Origin: Anaerolineae bacterium
GTDB lineage: Bacteria; Chloroflexota; Anaerolineae; JAADDB01
Length of the DNA: 64,000 nucleotides
Direction: 5' to 3'
NCBI GenBank assembly: GCA_015490995.1
Contig: WFWT01000007.1
Coordinates: 13,671 to 77,670, forward strand
Under the pieces are notes generated by a model. That model was not told the DNA's origin. It did not search any database and saw nothing but the letters and a program-made list of their open reading frames with translations. Shown piece after piece: positions 38,432 to 49,240 of the stretch. Position numbers and translations under genes: made by a program. Numbering within the stretch: the first letter of the stretch is position 1; each line of letters opens with the position of its first letter.

Positions 38432-39457
38432 CGGGGGAAGGTCCAGCGCCTGGGCAAGGACGCGGGCCACGTCGTCCAGGCGCTGGACCGGTGTAAAGCG
38501 CGCCTGGGGCTCAGGGCCGATCAGGAGGGTAGGCACCGGGTTCACGGTGTGACGCCGGGTGCGCAAGTCCTCAAAGTTTCCGTGATCGCTGGTGATGACA
38601 ACCAGCGTTTGGGAGAGGTCCAGCGCGCTGAAGAGACTTGCCAGAAAACGATCCAGCAAGCTGAGAAAGCGAAGACATTCCCCTCGATCCCGTCGGTGGC
38701 CCAGCATGTCGGGCACCCACTGGTCCACCACCACCAGGTGGTGTTCCGCGGTTAATGCTGCTACGATGTGACCGCTCTCCTCGGGGGTGCGCAGGGGCAT
38801 GTCCGGATATCCGAGCTGATTTCGCCACGCGGTGTTGGTGAAATCCACGCTAATAGCCTCGCCCCGAGCCAGATCCTCCGCGGTGCGAAGACGGACGCCC
38901 GCTGCCCGGGCGGCGTAAGCCAGGGCTCCGGGCAGCCGTTTTCCCCGGGCAACGGCCTTAAAATAACGGGCAGGGTACGCATTGGCAAAGGCGACCTGCA
39001 GGTTGGCGGCTCGTGCTCGGTGGAACAACGTATCCCGCTCTAACAACGAACGCACCCTGGCATCGGGGCGCGGCCCGTAGTGCTCACCGAGCAGCGCGGG
39101 CACATTGCAACCGGTCAACAACGTGGCCTGCCCGGTGGCACTTTGTGGCAGCCCCGGCACCCCCATCGTAGCGTCTGTAGCCCAGAGGACGGCCCCCTTG
39201 CCCATGAGAGAGGTTATTTCCCCGCTGAGGGCTACCGTGTCGAAGAAGGGGTGAAGGGCCTCGAGGGGCCGTGCCACCAAGGGATTGACTTCTGGGTCGC
39301 TTGGCCCCAACCCGACACCGTCGAGAAAGAGCAACACGACACGCAATCGCTCGCCCACGTCGTCGCCCTCCAGGATCACGTCAACGCGGGCAGAATAAAC
39401 CGTTCCAGGATCCACAAACTGAGCGGCGCGAGGGCCACCCACGGTGCCATGAGCCAT
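38423..39457 (-). CDS. Alkaline-phosphatase-superfamily metalloenzyme (phosphopentomutase / cofactor-independent phosphoglycerate-mutase-like)
   Basis: VVLLFLDGVGLG (N-terminal metal-ligand region) and VVITSDHGNFED (C-terminal metal-ligand motif). The start is uncertain (ATG at 39457 or 39478, or GTG at 39415). Every candidate start overlaps the 3' end of the upstream gene (stop at 39376) by 40-100 nt. Its 3' end overlaps the fadD stop convergently by 9 nt. Confidence 0.55.
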   Translation of the reverse strand: MAHGTVGGPRAAQFVDPGTVYSARVDVILEGDDVGERLRVVLLFLDGVGLGPSDPEVNPLVARPLEALHPFFDTVALSGEITSLMGKGAVLWATDATMGVPGLPQSATGQATLLTGCNVPALLGEHYGPRPDARVRSLLERDTLFHRARAANLQVAFANAYPARYFKAVARGKRLPGALAYAARAAGVRLRTAEDLARGEAISVDFTNTAWRNQLGYPDMPLRTPEESGHIVAALTAEHHLVVVDQWVPDMLGHRRDRGECLRFLSLLDRFLASLFSALDLSQTLVVITSDHGNFEDLRTRRHTVNPVPTLLIGPEPQARFTPVQRLDDVARVLAQALDLPPLP

Positions 39458-40965
39458 ATGGGGCGTCCGGCAGGCCATCGCGCGGCCAGGAAGAACCAGA
39501 AAGCCCCACCCCCCAGCATGAGCACGTCCCAACGGGTTAGAGGGCCCACATCGATGACGGCCATCACCAGGGCTGCCCCCGCGCCGACTGCCAGTCCCAG
39601 AGCCCACCACCGAGCGGCCCCCGGCGCGAGGAAGAGCCACAGCCCGGGCAACACCAACGCCACCAGAGGGAGCAACGCGGGGAACAGATAGCGCCCCTGG
39701 TGTTGCACGAAGGAGATGTTGTACCCCACATAGGAAATGAGCGTTGCCAGCAGGGCCGCGGACAACATGGCCAGCGTGTTATGCTGGGCAGCCGTCAAGG
39801 TGCGATACCGAGGCACACCACCCCGCAACCAACGTCCATGCCGATCCTGAAAACTGCACCAGAGGAAATAACCCATGGCGGCCAAACAGATAAGCGTGAA
39901 ATACAACAGCCCCCGGTACACCCGCTCATCCATTAATACCCCCATCCACCCGAATTGCCCCCAGAAGGAGCGAAATGTCCACACAATAGCGCGCTCCCAA
40001 TAGGCAGCCCACCCGTATTGAGCAATGTACGTGGCAGTGGTCAACTGCCCTACCACCACTTCGGCGTGGCGACGCAACCCCAGGACATCCGGCCACCCGT
40101 ATACCCAGATGTTGCGTCCGTAGAAGGGGAGAGCAATGACCAACCCTGTCCCCCCTATCAACGCGAGATCACGAGCGACCCGGCGCCAGGGAACGGCCTG
40201 AGGCAGGGGCAGGCCACGAATCAGCCCCCACACGGCCAGGGAGAAAAGCGCCGGCAGGTATACCGTTGTCTTAGTGAGCAATATGGCCCCTAAAAGCCCC
40301 CCCAACCACAGAGGACGTACCGTTGACAGGCCGAGCAATCGCCGCGCCAGCACCCACAACCACAGGGCCAACCACATCTCTGCCAGCGCGTCATTGTTCG
40401 CTCCGGCCATCATGGCCACATGTTGAGGCAAGAAGCCCACCGCAGCCACCCCGGCCAACGCCCACGAGGGGTGGCGTGGAAAGAGATCCCGAAGCAAACG
40501 GTACGTCGCGACCAGGGTGACCAAGCTCAGGGCGAGGGATAACAGGCGCATCACATACATCGCGCGTGTCATTGCGTCATAAGAAGGGGAGACAACCAAT
40601 GCCTGGGGGGCGAACAGGCGCAACAGCACCGCAGCCACAATGTAGTACAGTGGAGGCTGATGAGCCTCATAACGCACCTCGGTCACCGGCATGTCCGGGG
40701 GGAACCGATTGGCCTTAAGGGCCTCCAGGTAAGCGGCGTCGTAATCCCCCATTTGGAGCACGGGCAGGCGACCGGTTTGGGCCACGTGCCGGGCGTAATT
40801 CACGTGAGCGGGCTCATCGGGGACTTGCCAGGGCGGGGTCCGCAGCGCGTAACGTAACCCGACCACCGCGTAAAGTACCAACAACCCCACCAGCACCGGC
40901 CGCGTCCAGCGGCCAGGCCATGGGTCGGGATGGGAACGTGCCAAGGGGTAATCCGCTGTCGTCAC
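39376..40965 (-). CDS. GT-C-fold glycosyltransferase (GT39/GT83, PMT/ArnT-like dolichyl-phosphate-mannose-protein mannosyltransferase family)
   Basis: 529 aa polytopic protein with the DE-x-x-H loop motif after TM1 (QVPDEPAHVNYARHVAQTG). Confidence 0.75.
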   Translation of the reverse strand: MTTADYPLARSHPDPWPGRWTRPVLVGLLVLYAVVGLRYALRTPPWQVPDEPAHVNYARHVAQTGRLPVLQMGDYDAAYLEALKANRFPPDMPVTEVRYEAHQPPLYYIVAAVLLRLFAPQALVVSPSYDAMTRAMYVMRLLSLALSLVTLVATYRLLRDLFPRHPSWALAGVAAVGFLPQHVAMMAGANNDALAEMWLALWLWVLARRLLGLSTVRPLWLGGLLGAILLTKTTVYLPALFSLAVWGLIRGLPLPQAVPWRRVARDLALIGGTGLVIALPFYGRNIWVYGWPDVLGLRRHAEVVVGQLTTATYIAQYGWAAYWERAIVWTFRSFWGQFGWMGVLMDERVYRGLLYFTLICLAAMGYFLWCSFQDRHGRWLRGGVPRYRTLTAAQHNTLAMLSAALLATLISYVGYNISFVQHQGRYLFPALLPLVALVLPGLWLFLAPGAARWWALGLAVGAGAALVMAVIDVGPLTRWDVLMLGGGAFWFFLAARWPAGRPIWLMAPWVALAPLSLWILERFILPALT

Positions 40966-41043
40966 GGCGACCTCGTAAGCGTCACGGAATCGGTCTGGCC
41001 GGACGGCCAGAATACCGTTGGGGAAACGCCCCCAACCACGTCC

Positions 41044-42822
41044 TTAAGCTTCCACCTGCTCGGCCTGACGTAGCATGCGCTCCACTTCCTCCTCCGCTAC
41101 CGCGGGATCCAGCTTGCGGAAGAGCGGCTGAGGTGGACGCAATTTTTGCCCCGGCGGCAGGGTACCCGGCTCCCAGCGAATGGGAATGTCCGAACCGTCA
41201 TAGCGCAACACCAGGTGCCTCTTTTGCGTTTCTTGGATCTCCTCTGTCCACTGGCGCCCCATAATGTTGCCCTCGTATCCCAGGTACTCGTGCAAGCGTT
41301 GGCTGGAGAAGGGCAGGAAGGGCGCAAACAACACCTTCAGGCGGTCCACCACCTGCAAGGCGACGTACATGGTGGTAGCAGCAGCGTCGCGATCGTGTTT
41401 GATCTGCTTCCAGGGTTCCTTTTCGTTAAGGTACTTGTTGGCCTGCTCGGCCAGCGTCCGTACCTCGCGCAATGCAGCTCGTAGCTGGACCGCATCGATG
41501 AGTCGGCCGACCTTGTCAAACGCCTCCGCCGACGCCTCCAACAACGCCTGGTCCTGGTCATCTAACGGACCGGGCCGGGGCACAGTCCCGTCAAAGTGCT
41601 TATACGTGAAAGACAGCACTCGATGCGCCAAGTTTCCCCAGGTGGCTACCAGTTCATCGTTGTTGCGACGTACAAATTCCTCCCAAGTAAAGTTGACATC
41701 GGCCGTCTCCGGCATAATGGCGGTCAGTGTGTACCGCCAAGGATCCGGATCGTAGCGCTCCAGCACGTCCAACACCTCAATGACCCAACGACGACTCTTG
41801 GACAGCTGCCGCCCCTCCACGTTCAAGTACTCGTTCGCTGGCACATCGTAAGGCAGGTTTAACCCCCCGTACCCAATAAGCATCCCCGGCCAGATGATGG
41901 TGTGGAAGGGAATGTTATCCTTACCGATGAAGTAATACGTGCGGGCCGCCGGATCCTGCCACCATTGCTTCCAGGCCTCAGGCTGACCGGTGATCTCGCT
42001 CCACTCAAGGGTGGCAGAGTAATACCCGATCACCGCTTCATACCACACGTAGATGCGCTTATGTTCGTACCCGGACACCGGCACGGTGATCCCCCAGGCG
42101 ATATCCCGCGTGATGGGCCGACCGCGCAATTCCCCACTTTCCAGCTGAGCGCGGGTGTAATTCAGGACCTTAGGACGCCAGTGCTCCTTGTCCTCCTGAA
42201 TCCACGCCAGCAAGGGGGCATTCAACTTGGCCAGATCAAGGAAAAAGTGCTCTGTATCGCGAATCTCCAACGCCGTCCCACCACAAATACGACAGCGAGG
42301 CGACTTCAACTCAATGGCATCAAGTATGCGCCCACAATTGTCGCACTGATCGCCCCGGGCCTCCGGAAAGCCGCAGTATGGACAGGTGCCCTCCACGTAG
42401 CGATCGGCCAAAAACTGCTGGTCCGTGAGACAGAACCACTGGCGCATTGTATCCTTGTAGATGTAGCCCTTCTGCAGGTGGGTGAGGAAGAAATCTTGAC
42501 TCACTCGCCAATGGTTCTCGGTGTCCGTTTCCGTGTACAGGTCAAAGGAAATGCCCAACTCCTGCCAGAGGCGAATAATGCGCGGGTGATACCGGTCCAC
42601 CACCTCCCGGGGGGTGATCCCCTCCTCCTCCGCCCGGACGGTGATGGGCGTGCCGTGGGTGTCGGAGCCGGAAATCATGAGCACGTTATGCCCCCGCAGG
42701 CGCTGATATCGGGCGAAAATATCCGCACCCAGATACGCCCCCGCAATGTGACCAATGTGGAGGTCGCCATTGCAGTAAGGCCATGCCGTGGTCACCAAGA
42801 TGTTCAACCGTTCGTCACTCAT
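41044..42822 (-). CDS. metG: Methionine--tRNA ligase
   Basis: HIGH motif ([14 protein letters not shown]), the Zn-knuckle cysteines (CPYCG...CDNCG), a KMSKS-type motif (LSKSR), and an anticodon-binding domain. Confidence 0.93.
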   Translation of the reverse strand: MSDERLNILVTTAWPYCNGDLHIGHIAGAYLGADIFARYQRLRGHNVLMISGSDTHGTPITVRAEEEGITPREVVDRYHPRIIRLWQELGISFDLYTETDTENHWRVSQDFFLTHLQKGYIYKDTMRQWFCLTDQQFLADRYVEGTCPYCGFPEARGDQCDNCGRILDAIELKSPRCRICGGTALEIRDTEHFFLDLAKLNAPLLAWIQEDKEHWRPKVLNYTRAQLESGELRGRPITRDIAWGITVPVSGYEHKRIYVWYEAVIGYYSATLEWSEITGQPEAWKQWWQDPAARTYYFIGKDNIPFHTIIWPGMLIGYGGLNLPYDVPANEYLNVEGRQLSKSRRWVIEVLDVLERYDPDPWRYTLTAIMPETADVNFTWEEFVRRNNDELVATWGNLAHRVLSFTYKHFDGTVPRPGPLDDQDQALLEASAEAFDKVGRLIDAVQLRAALREVRTLAEQANKYLNEKEPWKQIKHDRDAAATTMYVALQVVDRLKVLFAPFLPFSSQRLHEYLGYEGNIMGRQWTEEIQETQKRHLVLRYDGSDIPIRWEPGTLPPGQKLRPPQPLFRKLDPAVAEEEVERMLRQAEQVEA

Positions 42823-43048
42823 CAGGACCTCCTAAACCCCCTGTACACGCGTTAACATAACCTCCTTACATTCGGGATACCCCGATCCACCTTCGCGCAG
42901 GCACTGCCCGTTGCACGCGACATTATAACGCAGAACCCCTCCCTTGCCCACATAAATAGTTGCCACAGAACCCTCCTCTGCTGTAGGCGGAGCTCACTCT
43001 CAGGCGAACGGGCAAGGCTATGGGGACGCCATCGTCACCCCTCGCAGT

Positions 43049-43092
43049 GAAAAGAAAGCCTGTGAGGGACGTTCCAAGGTTTACCTCACAGG
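43049..43092 (-). terminator. Rho-independent terminator on the minus strand (9-bp stem CCTGTGAGG / CCTCACAGG followed by CTTTCTTTTC)
   Basis: An inverted repeat seen 50-95 nt downstream of the stop at 43143, with a T-rich tract on the minus strand. Confidence 0.5.
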
Positions 43093-43142
43093 CTCTCCAG
43101 CGCGTGACACCGGGGCCAAAACGCGGTGATACCCATACCGCT

Positions 43143-43826
43143 TCAAAACTCGTAACTTCCCTCCACCTCCAACACTACGCAGCGGGCGTCGGTTTCCGCC
43201 TCCACCCGAGCCTTAAACGCATGAGGGTCCTGCTCAATAAGCGGCCAGGTATTATAGTGGGCAGGAATCACCACGCGAGGCCGGATGAACTTCACCGCTT
43301 TCAGCGCGTCCTCAGGTCCCATGGTGAAGTTGTCCCCGATGGGAAGAATCGCCACGTCCACCTGCTCGTCGGCCAGGAGGGTCATATCGTACGTGAGCGC
43401 GGTATCCCCAGCGAAGTACACCTTTTTGCCGTTGTTGAAGGTGATGAGAAAGCCACCGGGATTGCCACCGTACGATCCGTCGGGGAGACCGGAGCCGTGG
43501 TGAGCAATGGTCATCTTTACCCGGCCAAAGGGAAACCGGTAACTGCCCCCGATGTGAAGGGGATGCGCGTTCTGAACCCCCTGGTTCTGGAGCCAGGTAA
43601 CGATCTCGAAGTTACTGATCACCGTGGCGCCGGTCTTCTTGGCAATGTAAGCCGCATCCCCGATGTGGTCGGCGTGACCATGGGAAACAAGAATGTAATG
43701 GGGGGTCACGTCATCCTTGCTGATCTTCGCGGCCGGGTTGCCGTCAAAGAAAGGGTCAATGAGCAAGGTCACATCATCGTGTTCCACCGAAAAGGTCAAA
43801 TGCCCATGCCAGATCACCTTGGTCAT
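43143..43826 (-). CDS. UPF0173-family metal-dependent hydrolase (metallo-beta-lactamase fold)
   Basis: MTKVIWHGHLTFSV...HYILVSHGHADHIGD (the HxHxDH motif). GGAGGTG RBS before the ATG at 43826. Confidence 0.8.
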   Translation of the reverse strand: MTKVIWHGHLTFSVEHDDVTLLIDPFFDGNPAAKISKDDVTPHYILVSHGHADHIGDAAYIAKKTGATVISNFEIVTWLQNQGVQNAHPLHIGGSYRFPFGRVKMTIAHHGSGLPDGSYGGNPGGFLITFNNGKKVYFAGDTALTYDMTLLADEQVDVAILPIGDNFTMGPEDALKAVKFIRPRVVIPAHYNTWPLIEQDPHAFKARVEAETDARCVVLEVEGSYEF

Positions 43827-43921
43827 GATGGCACCTCCTTTTTCAGGATGCCTTGGCCAATCACGGGCAAGAGGGCACGCCGGGGTGTACGGGCCGATGT
43901 GCCCCATGCCGAGAGCCCTGC

Positions 43922-44389
43922 CTAAACTGCCGCTCCGCGCCCCGTGCCGTTAAAGGTCATGGCAATCCAGTCGCCAATAAGCCAGTACCGAAAGTCCTCC
44001 CCTCGACTGCAGGCAACGGCAGCCATGACGCCGTACACGAGGGATGCCAGGGGAATAAGGGCCAGAAAGCAGAGCAGCGGCAACAGAAAGAAACCAATAA
44101 TAAACATGGCCAGCACGGACACCACCAAGGTCATGAAAACAGCAAGCGCCCCGACACCCAACCAGGTGACGAGCTGAAATACCAGGGCCTGCAACGCGTG
44201 AAACGCCACATACCGGGAACGTTCCCGGTACACCACAAAGATGACCAGCGCGGCGAGGGGACCTCCGATCAGCGTGACCAGGTTTAACAAGATGGTCAGG
44301 TGGGCTAGCATGGCCCACTGACGCTCTTCAGGTGAAGGCGCTTCCGGTATCGAGACAGGCGTGGCGTGCTTCTCCTCATTCATGGGCAT
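43922..44389 (-). CDS. DUF4870 family membrane protein
   Basis: EERQWAMLAHLTILLNLVTLIGGPLAALVIFVVYRERSRYVAFHALQALVFQLV matches the DUF4870 pattern. Confidence 0.65.
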   Translation of the reverse strand: MPMNEEKHATPVSIPEAPSPEERQWAMLAHLTILLNLVTLIGGPLAALVIFVVYRERSRYVAFHALQALVFQLVTWLGVGALAVFMTLVVSVLAMFIIGFFLLPLLCFLALIPLASLVYGVMAAVACSRGEDFRYWLIGDWIAMTFNGTGRGAAV

Positions 44390-44505
44390 CTTCTCCCCCA
44401 CACGATGACAAACGCCGCGTTTTCCTCATTAAGTCTGGCGTGCCCCCGGTGTGCCACCGTTTCAGACAATCGACCCCGCTCCACACAAGGGAGCCATCCA
44501 GATAC

Positions 44506-45174
44506 TTATGAGGTCTCCCCGTCTTGGGCCTCTGCCTTCTGAGAAGCCGCCTTCTTCTTGGCCGCCAGTGCCTTACGGGCTGCAGCGGCCTTAGCACGAG
44601 CTTCTTTCTTTTTGCGTTCCTCTTCGCGACGCTTCTCCTCTTCGGCCCAGGCAGTGGGGTATAACTGTGCGTAATAACTCGCCGGTACGCTCAACTCATC
44701 CTTGTTCAACACCAAGTCCGGAAACCGACGGTACACCGCGATCTCGTAATCGTGATTCATCTTGATCGCATCAAAGGGACAGAACTCGGCACAGAACCCG
44801 CAGCCCATACAGATGGAAATATCGATGTAGAACTCAGCAGGCCGGGGGATAGGCTTTCCCTTTTCGTCTTCTTCCCGCAAGATCCAAATGCACTGGGGAG
44901 GACACACTTTCGCACAGATACCACACGAGGTGCACCGGTCCTCCCCTGTGGTATCGTCAAAGATCAGCATGGGGATGTACCGGAAGTTTTCTGGTAATAC
45001 CCGCTTCTCCTCGGGGTACTGGATGGTGAAGATGCCCCGTTCTTCCACCGGTTGTTTAATTAACCGGCGGTCATATGCGTACCGGCTGGGAATGCGTTTG
45101 ACATCGTCGATGTATGTCTCCAGCAGGTGCCGGGCAGTAATGCCCAGACCTCGCAGAATGCCCTTGCCAAACAT
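44506..45174 (-). CDS. nuoI: NADH-quinone oxidoreductase subunit I (2x[4Fe-4S] ferredoxin) with an unusual about 55-aa Lys/Ala/Glu-rich C-terminal extension
   Basis: Two CxxCxxCxxxCP motifs (CTSCGICAKVCP, CMGCGFCAEFCP). The tail reads ...AEEEKRREEERKKKEARAKAAAARKALAAKKKAASQKAEAQDGETS. Confidence 0.88.
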   Translation of the reverse strand: MFGKGILRGLGITARHLLETYIDDVKRIPSRYAYDRRLIKQPVEERGIFTIQYPEEKRVLPENFRYIPMLIFDDTTGEDRCTSCGICAKVCPPQCIWILREEDEKGKPIPRPAEFYIDISICMGCGFCAEFCPFDAIKMNHDYEIAVYRRFPDLVLNKDELSVPASYYAQLYPTAWAEEEKRREEERKKKEARAKAAAARKALAAKKKAASQKAEAQDGETS

Positions 45175-45193
45175 CGTGCCCCCCCTCGGTATC

Positions 45194-46969
45194 CTACCTA
45201 TCCGTTTCGCCCAACACGATATCAATGCTGCCCAACACCGCTACCGCGTCCGCCACTTTGTACCCCACGCACATGGGACCCAAGGCCGTGAGGTTGATAA
45301 AGGACGGCGCCCGCACGTGATACCGATACGGGTTAGGCGAGCCATCGCTCACCAGGTAAAACCCTAGCTCTCCTTTCGGGGCCTCAATGCGCTGGTACAC
45401 CTCCCCTGGCGGCACGCGGAAGCTGTACTTCTGCTTACCAGGCGGCATCACCGGTCCCTCGGGAATGTCCCGCAATGCCTGTTTGAGAATCCGCACACTC
45501 TCGCGCATCTCGCGAATGCGCACCATGTAGCGCGCGTAGACATCTCCCCCTTCCTCGGTGACCACGTCGAAATCGAACCTGTCGTAGATACTGTACGGTT
45601 CGGCCTTTCGCACATCATATGGCACGCCGGACCCGCGCAGGACCGGACCTGAGGTGCTGTACGCGATCGCGTCCTCTGGGGAGAGATAACCTACCCCCTT
45701 GGTGCGGGCCAGGAGAATTTCGTTCTCCGAAAGGTATCGGTCCAGCTCGTCAATGGCCCGGGGCAAGCGCTCGTTTACCAACTTACGGGCCTGGTCCAAC
45801 CACCCTTCAGGCACGTCACGGGCCACACCGCCGGGGCGCATGTAGTTGCACATCATGCGCGCGCCGGAGGCAGCCTCAAACAGGTCCAAGATCAACTCCC
45901 GTTCCTCAATCGCGTACAGGGCAGGTGTGAAGAAGGCCCCCAGGTCGTTCAAAAGGAACCCAATGGCCCACATGTGGTTCACAATGCGGGTGAATTCCGC
46001 CATGATCACGCGCAAATAATGTGCCCGTTCAGGCACTTCCACATCGCCCAGGAGCTTTTCCACCGCCAGGACATACCCCAGGTTGTTGCTCATGGAACAG
46101 ATGTAATCCAGACGGTCGGTGTAAGGGATGTTCATCAAGTACGTGTTGCGCTCCCCGATCTTCTCGTGATTGCGGTGGAGGTAGCCCATCTCAGGTTCCA
46201 GCCCGACGATGGTTTCCCCCTCCAGGGCGATGACCATGCGAAAGACACCATGGGTCGAGGGATGCTGAGGCCCCATGTTCACGATGATGCGGTCGGTCTT
46301 GAGACCTTCCAGCTCGCGGTAAAGGTCCAGTCCAAAGTGATAGGTGATCTCCGGCGGCTGCCAGGTATCGGGGGCAAAGTCGGTCGGATACACCACATTG
46401 TCCTGCCAGATGGCCCGTTCCTCCTGCCAGGGCAACCGCATCTTCTCACGCGGATAGTCCCCCTTCGGCCAACGGGAGCCAAAGGGCTTTTTCTCTTCTT
46501 CGTAATACGCTTCCTTCCAATCCTTGCGCAGCGGGTGACCGTGGAACCCTTCCCAGAGCAGAATGCGCCGCAGATTTGGATGACCGGGAAAACGAATGCC
46601 GAACAGGTCCCAGATCTCACGCTCCTGGAAGTCCGCCCCCGGCCAAATGGACACCACCGAGGGCACTTCGGGGTCCTCTTCCGGGGCTCGTACCTTGATA
46701 ACTAAAGGACCACCGCCTCGTTGGATGGAATACAAATGATAAACCACCTCAAAGCGCTCGACATCCTTGCGCTTGGGGTGGGTTAAATTATCCACACCGG
46801 TGACGCTGGAGAGGTAATCATAACCTTCTTTGTCCCGCAAATAACGGGCCAACTCCGGCCACTTTTCCCGGGCGACGATCAGGGTCTCGCCATCCTGGCC
46901 GATGACCGCGCCCGGCACCACGTCGTTGTACGGCAACGTGCTGTCCACGGCAGGCATTGTCTCGCTCAT
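45194..46969 (-). CDS. nuoCD: NADH-quinone oxidoreductase fused subunit C/D
   Basis: An N-terminal NuoC (30 kDa) domain, then a NuoD (49 kDa) domain with the [12 protein letters not shown] signature and C-terminal ...DIVLGETDR. It has no NiFe-hydrogenase Cys ligands, so it is a true complex-I type. Confidence 0.92.
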   Translation of the reverse strand: MSETMPAVDSTLPYNDVVPGAVIGQDGETLIVAREKWPELARYLRDKEGYDYLSSVTGVDNLTHPKRKDVERFEVVYHLYSIQRGGGPLVIKVRAPEEDPEVPSVVSIWPGADFQEREIWDLFGIRFPGHPNLRRILLWEGFHGHPLRKDWKEAYYEEEKKPFGSRWPKGDYPREKMRLPWQEERAIWQDNVVYPTDFAPDTWQPPEITYHFGLDLYRELEGLKTDRIIVNMGPQHPSTHGVFRMVIALEGETIVGLEPEMGYLHRNHEKIGERNTYLMNIPYTDRLDYICSMSNNLGYVLAVEKLLGDVEVPERAHYLRVIMAEFTRIVNHMWAIGFLLNDLGAFFTPALYAIEERELILDLFEAASGARMMCNYMRPGGVARDVPEGWLDQARKLVNERLPRAIDELDRYLSENEILLARTKGVGYLSPEDAIAYSTSGPVLRGSGVPYDVRKAEPYSIYDRFDFDVVTEEGGDVYARYMVRIREMRESVRILKQALRDIPEGPVMPPGKQKYSFRVPPGEVYQRIEAPKGELGFYLVSDGSPNPYRYHVRAPSFINLTALGPMCVGYKVADAVAVLGSIDIVLGETDR

Positions 46970-46984
46970 GGGGCCGTCCCCCTT

Positions 46985-47623
46985 TCACGCTTCGGAGCTC
47001 TCATCGCGAGCCGCAGCTAACTCGCGCACGCGCGCCTTGATGTCATCCTTACGCCGCACGTCAAAGATATCGGGCCCCAACACCGGCACCGGAATATCAT
47101 CCCGCCCCTCCCGGTACCAGGGCACGGTCTTGATGGACTGGCGCAGGATCTTCTCCCGCAGGCGCATCATGCCGTACAGCAACGCTTCCGGTGTCGGCGG
47201 ACACCCGGGAATGTACACATCCACCGGGATGAATTTATCGATGCCTGAAACCACGTTGTACCCCTCCTTGAAGGGTCCGCCGGCGGTCGCGCAGGAGCCC
47301 ATGGCGACCACATAACGCGGTTGGGGCATCTGGTTGTAAAGGCGTACAATCTGGGGCACCATCTTTTTGGTCACCGTGCCCGAGACGATCATCACATCGG
47401 CCTGTCGGGGAGAAGGCCGCATGACCTCCATGCCGAAGCGGGCCATATCGTACCGGGACGCGGCTGTAGCGATCATCTCGATGGCGCAACAGGCCAGGCC
47501 GAACATCATCGGCCAGAGGGAGGAACCGCGCGACCAGTTATAGATGGTATCCAGCGTGGTAAAAAAGACGTTGCGTTGCAGCTCGGGTGGTACTTCGTTG
47601 TACTCGTGGTCCGCCATACGCAT
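46985..47623 (-). CDS. nuoB: NADH-quinone oxidoreductase subunit B (N2 cluster subunit)
   Basis: CCAIEM...GSCATAGG...GCPP motifs. GGAGGAGGG RBS before the ATG at 47623. Confidence 0.92.
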   Translation of the reverse strand: MRMADHEYNEVPPELQRNVFFTTLDTIYNWSRGSSLWPMMFGLACCAIEMIATAASRYDMARFGMEVMRPSPRQADVMIVSGTVTKKMVPQIVRLYNQMPQPRYVVAMGSCATAGGPFKEGYNVVSGIDKFIPVDVYIPGCPPTPEALLYGMMRLREKILRQSIKTVPWYREGRDDIPVPVLGPDIFDVRRKDDIKARVRELAAARDESSEA

Positions 47624-47825
47624 ACCCTCCTCCACGCCGTGTGGGCCAACGCCCCACCCTGTGAGCACACCCGACCGTGTCAACAAGCCTCACCGATCAC
47701 ACGACTGACAACACACGACTGTAAGGGATTCTACTGCAAGCTCGGACGGGTGACAAACCACTTCCTCCCCGCGGCTCTGCCGTGGGGCTGTGAGGAGATG
47801 AACGGACGCCTATCGAACAAACGAT

Positions 47826-48314
47826 TCAGGAAGAGGACGCGGCCTGCAATTCCTGTAACTTGGCGAGCACGGCTTCCGCGTGCCCCTGCACTTTAACTCG
47901 AGGCCACACCCAGGCGATTTTGCCTTCAGGATCAATGAGGAAAGTGGTGCGCACCACTCCCCACGACTCCCGGCCGTACAAGCGTTTTTTCTGCCACACG
48001 CCGTACCGCGTCAACACCTCACGTTCCGGGTCGCTGAGGAGGCGAACACGCAGGTGGTGTTTCTGGGCAAAGTTGCGGTGGCTGCGCGGCGAATCCGGGC
48101 TCACGCCCAGCACCACGGCGTTATGGGCAGCAAACGCGTCCAGGTGCCGAGTGAAATCTACCGCTTCCCGGGTGCAACCGCTGGTGTTGTCCCGAGGGTA
48201 AAAGTACAGCACCACCCATTGCCCGCGCAGATGGTGCAGGCACACCTCTTCCTCGTTCTGATCGGGCAGACAGAAGTCCGGCGCGAGATCGCCCACCGAG
48301 GGCAGCGCGCTCAT
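47826..48314 (-). CDS. bcp: Thioredoxin-dependent peroxiredoxin (Bcp/PrxQ)
   Basis: GDLAPDFCLPDQNEEEVCL...VVLYFYPRDNTSGCTREA (peroxidatic Cys). Confidence 0.88.
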   Translation of the reverse strand: MSALPSVGDLAPDFCLPDQNEEEVCLHHLRGQWVVLYFYPRDNTSGCTREAVDFTRHLDAFAAHNAVVLGVSPDSPRSHRNFAQKHHLRVRLLSDPEREVLTRYGVWQKKRLYGRESWGVVRTTFLIDPEGKIAWVWPRVKVQGHAEAVLAKLQELQAASSS

Positions 48315-48370
48315 ACCCTCCTCCTTGCGACTGTTCTACAGGCGCGGCTGCTTCCCGGCGCTCACGACGG

Positions 48371-49150
48371 CTATCGGAACCGCCGCCGCCGTCGCGAGCG
48401 CCGGGGACGAACCGGTGCCTGTTCCTGATTTTCCAATTCCGATTTAGGCCGAATGGTCACCTTACGCCGGGGCTCCTCCCCTACGCTCACCGTGTACACC
48501 TTGGGGTGATCCCGCAAGGCCAGGTGAATGATGCGTCGTTCGGCCGGGGGCATGGCCTCCAGCACGACCGGGCGGCCCGTACGGGCCACCTGTTCGGCCA
48601 TGCGCACCGCTAGGCGTCGCAGGCTCTCTTCCCTACGCTGACGGTAGTGTTCCACGTCCACAACGATGTTCAACCATCGGTGCACACGCTGGTTAACAAT
48701 AGCACGAATCAGGTACTGGAGTGCCCCCAGGGTCTCCGCCTGACGCCCGATTAACAGGCCCAGGTCTCGCCCCTCGATGTTCAGCACAAGTGGGCGCTTC
48801 TCACCGCCCGACGCATCCCCCCAGTACGCTTCCACCCGGGCCTCGAAACCAAGCCGTTGCAGGATGCCTTGCAGCATCTCGGCCGCGAACTGTTCCACCT
48901 GATCCCCAGGTGCAGAGGGAATCCCAACCGTATCGTCACCGGGAGGGAGAACCGTGGAGCTCGCCGATGTCCGCACGGTCAGGCGGACCCGTGCCGGGCG
49001 GGCGCCAATGCCCCAAAGGCCACGGCTTCCCCGGTCTAAGATCTCTACCTCAACGTCCTCCTTTCGCACGCCCAGTTCCCGGAGGCCACGTTCAATGGCC
49101 TCCTCCACCGTCGCTCCTTCAAACTCATGACGGGTTTCCTGTCCGTTCAT
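48371..49150 (-). CDS. khpB: RNA-binding protein KhpB/Jag (Jag_N, KH, R3H)
   Basis: Jag-like N-terminus, a KH domain (LNIEGRDLGLLIGRQAETLGALQYL) and a C-terminal R3H domain (ERRIIHLALRD). Conserved position downstream of yidC. Confidence 0.85.
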   Translation of the reverse strand: MNGQETRHEFEGATVEEAIERGLRELGVRKEDVEVEILDRGSRGLWGIGARPARVRLTVRTSASSTVLPPGDDTVGIPSAPGDQVEQFAAEMLQGILQRLGFEARVEAYWGDASGGEKRPLVLNIEGRDLGLLIGRQAETLGALQYLIRAIVNQRVHRWLNIVVDVEHYRQRREESLRRLAVRMAEQVARTGRPVVLEAMPPAERRIIHLALRDHPKVYTVSVGEEPRRKVTIRPKSELENQEQAPVRPRRSRRRRRFR

Positions 49151-49240
49151 CGTTGTATTCTCCCACCTTGCCCCATCTCCGAGGTCTCCCGACCGCCTGG
49201 TCCTCCTGTGCGGTGGGAGTGTGCGTTCTGGCGCTATGTG

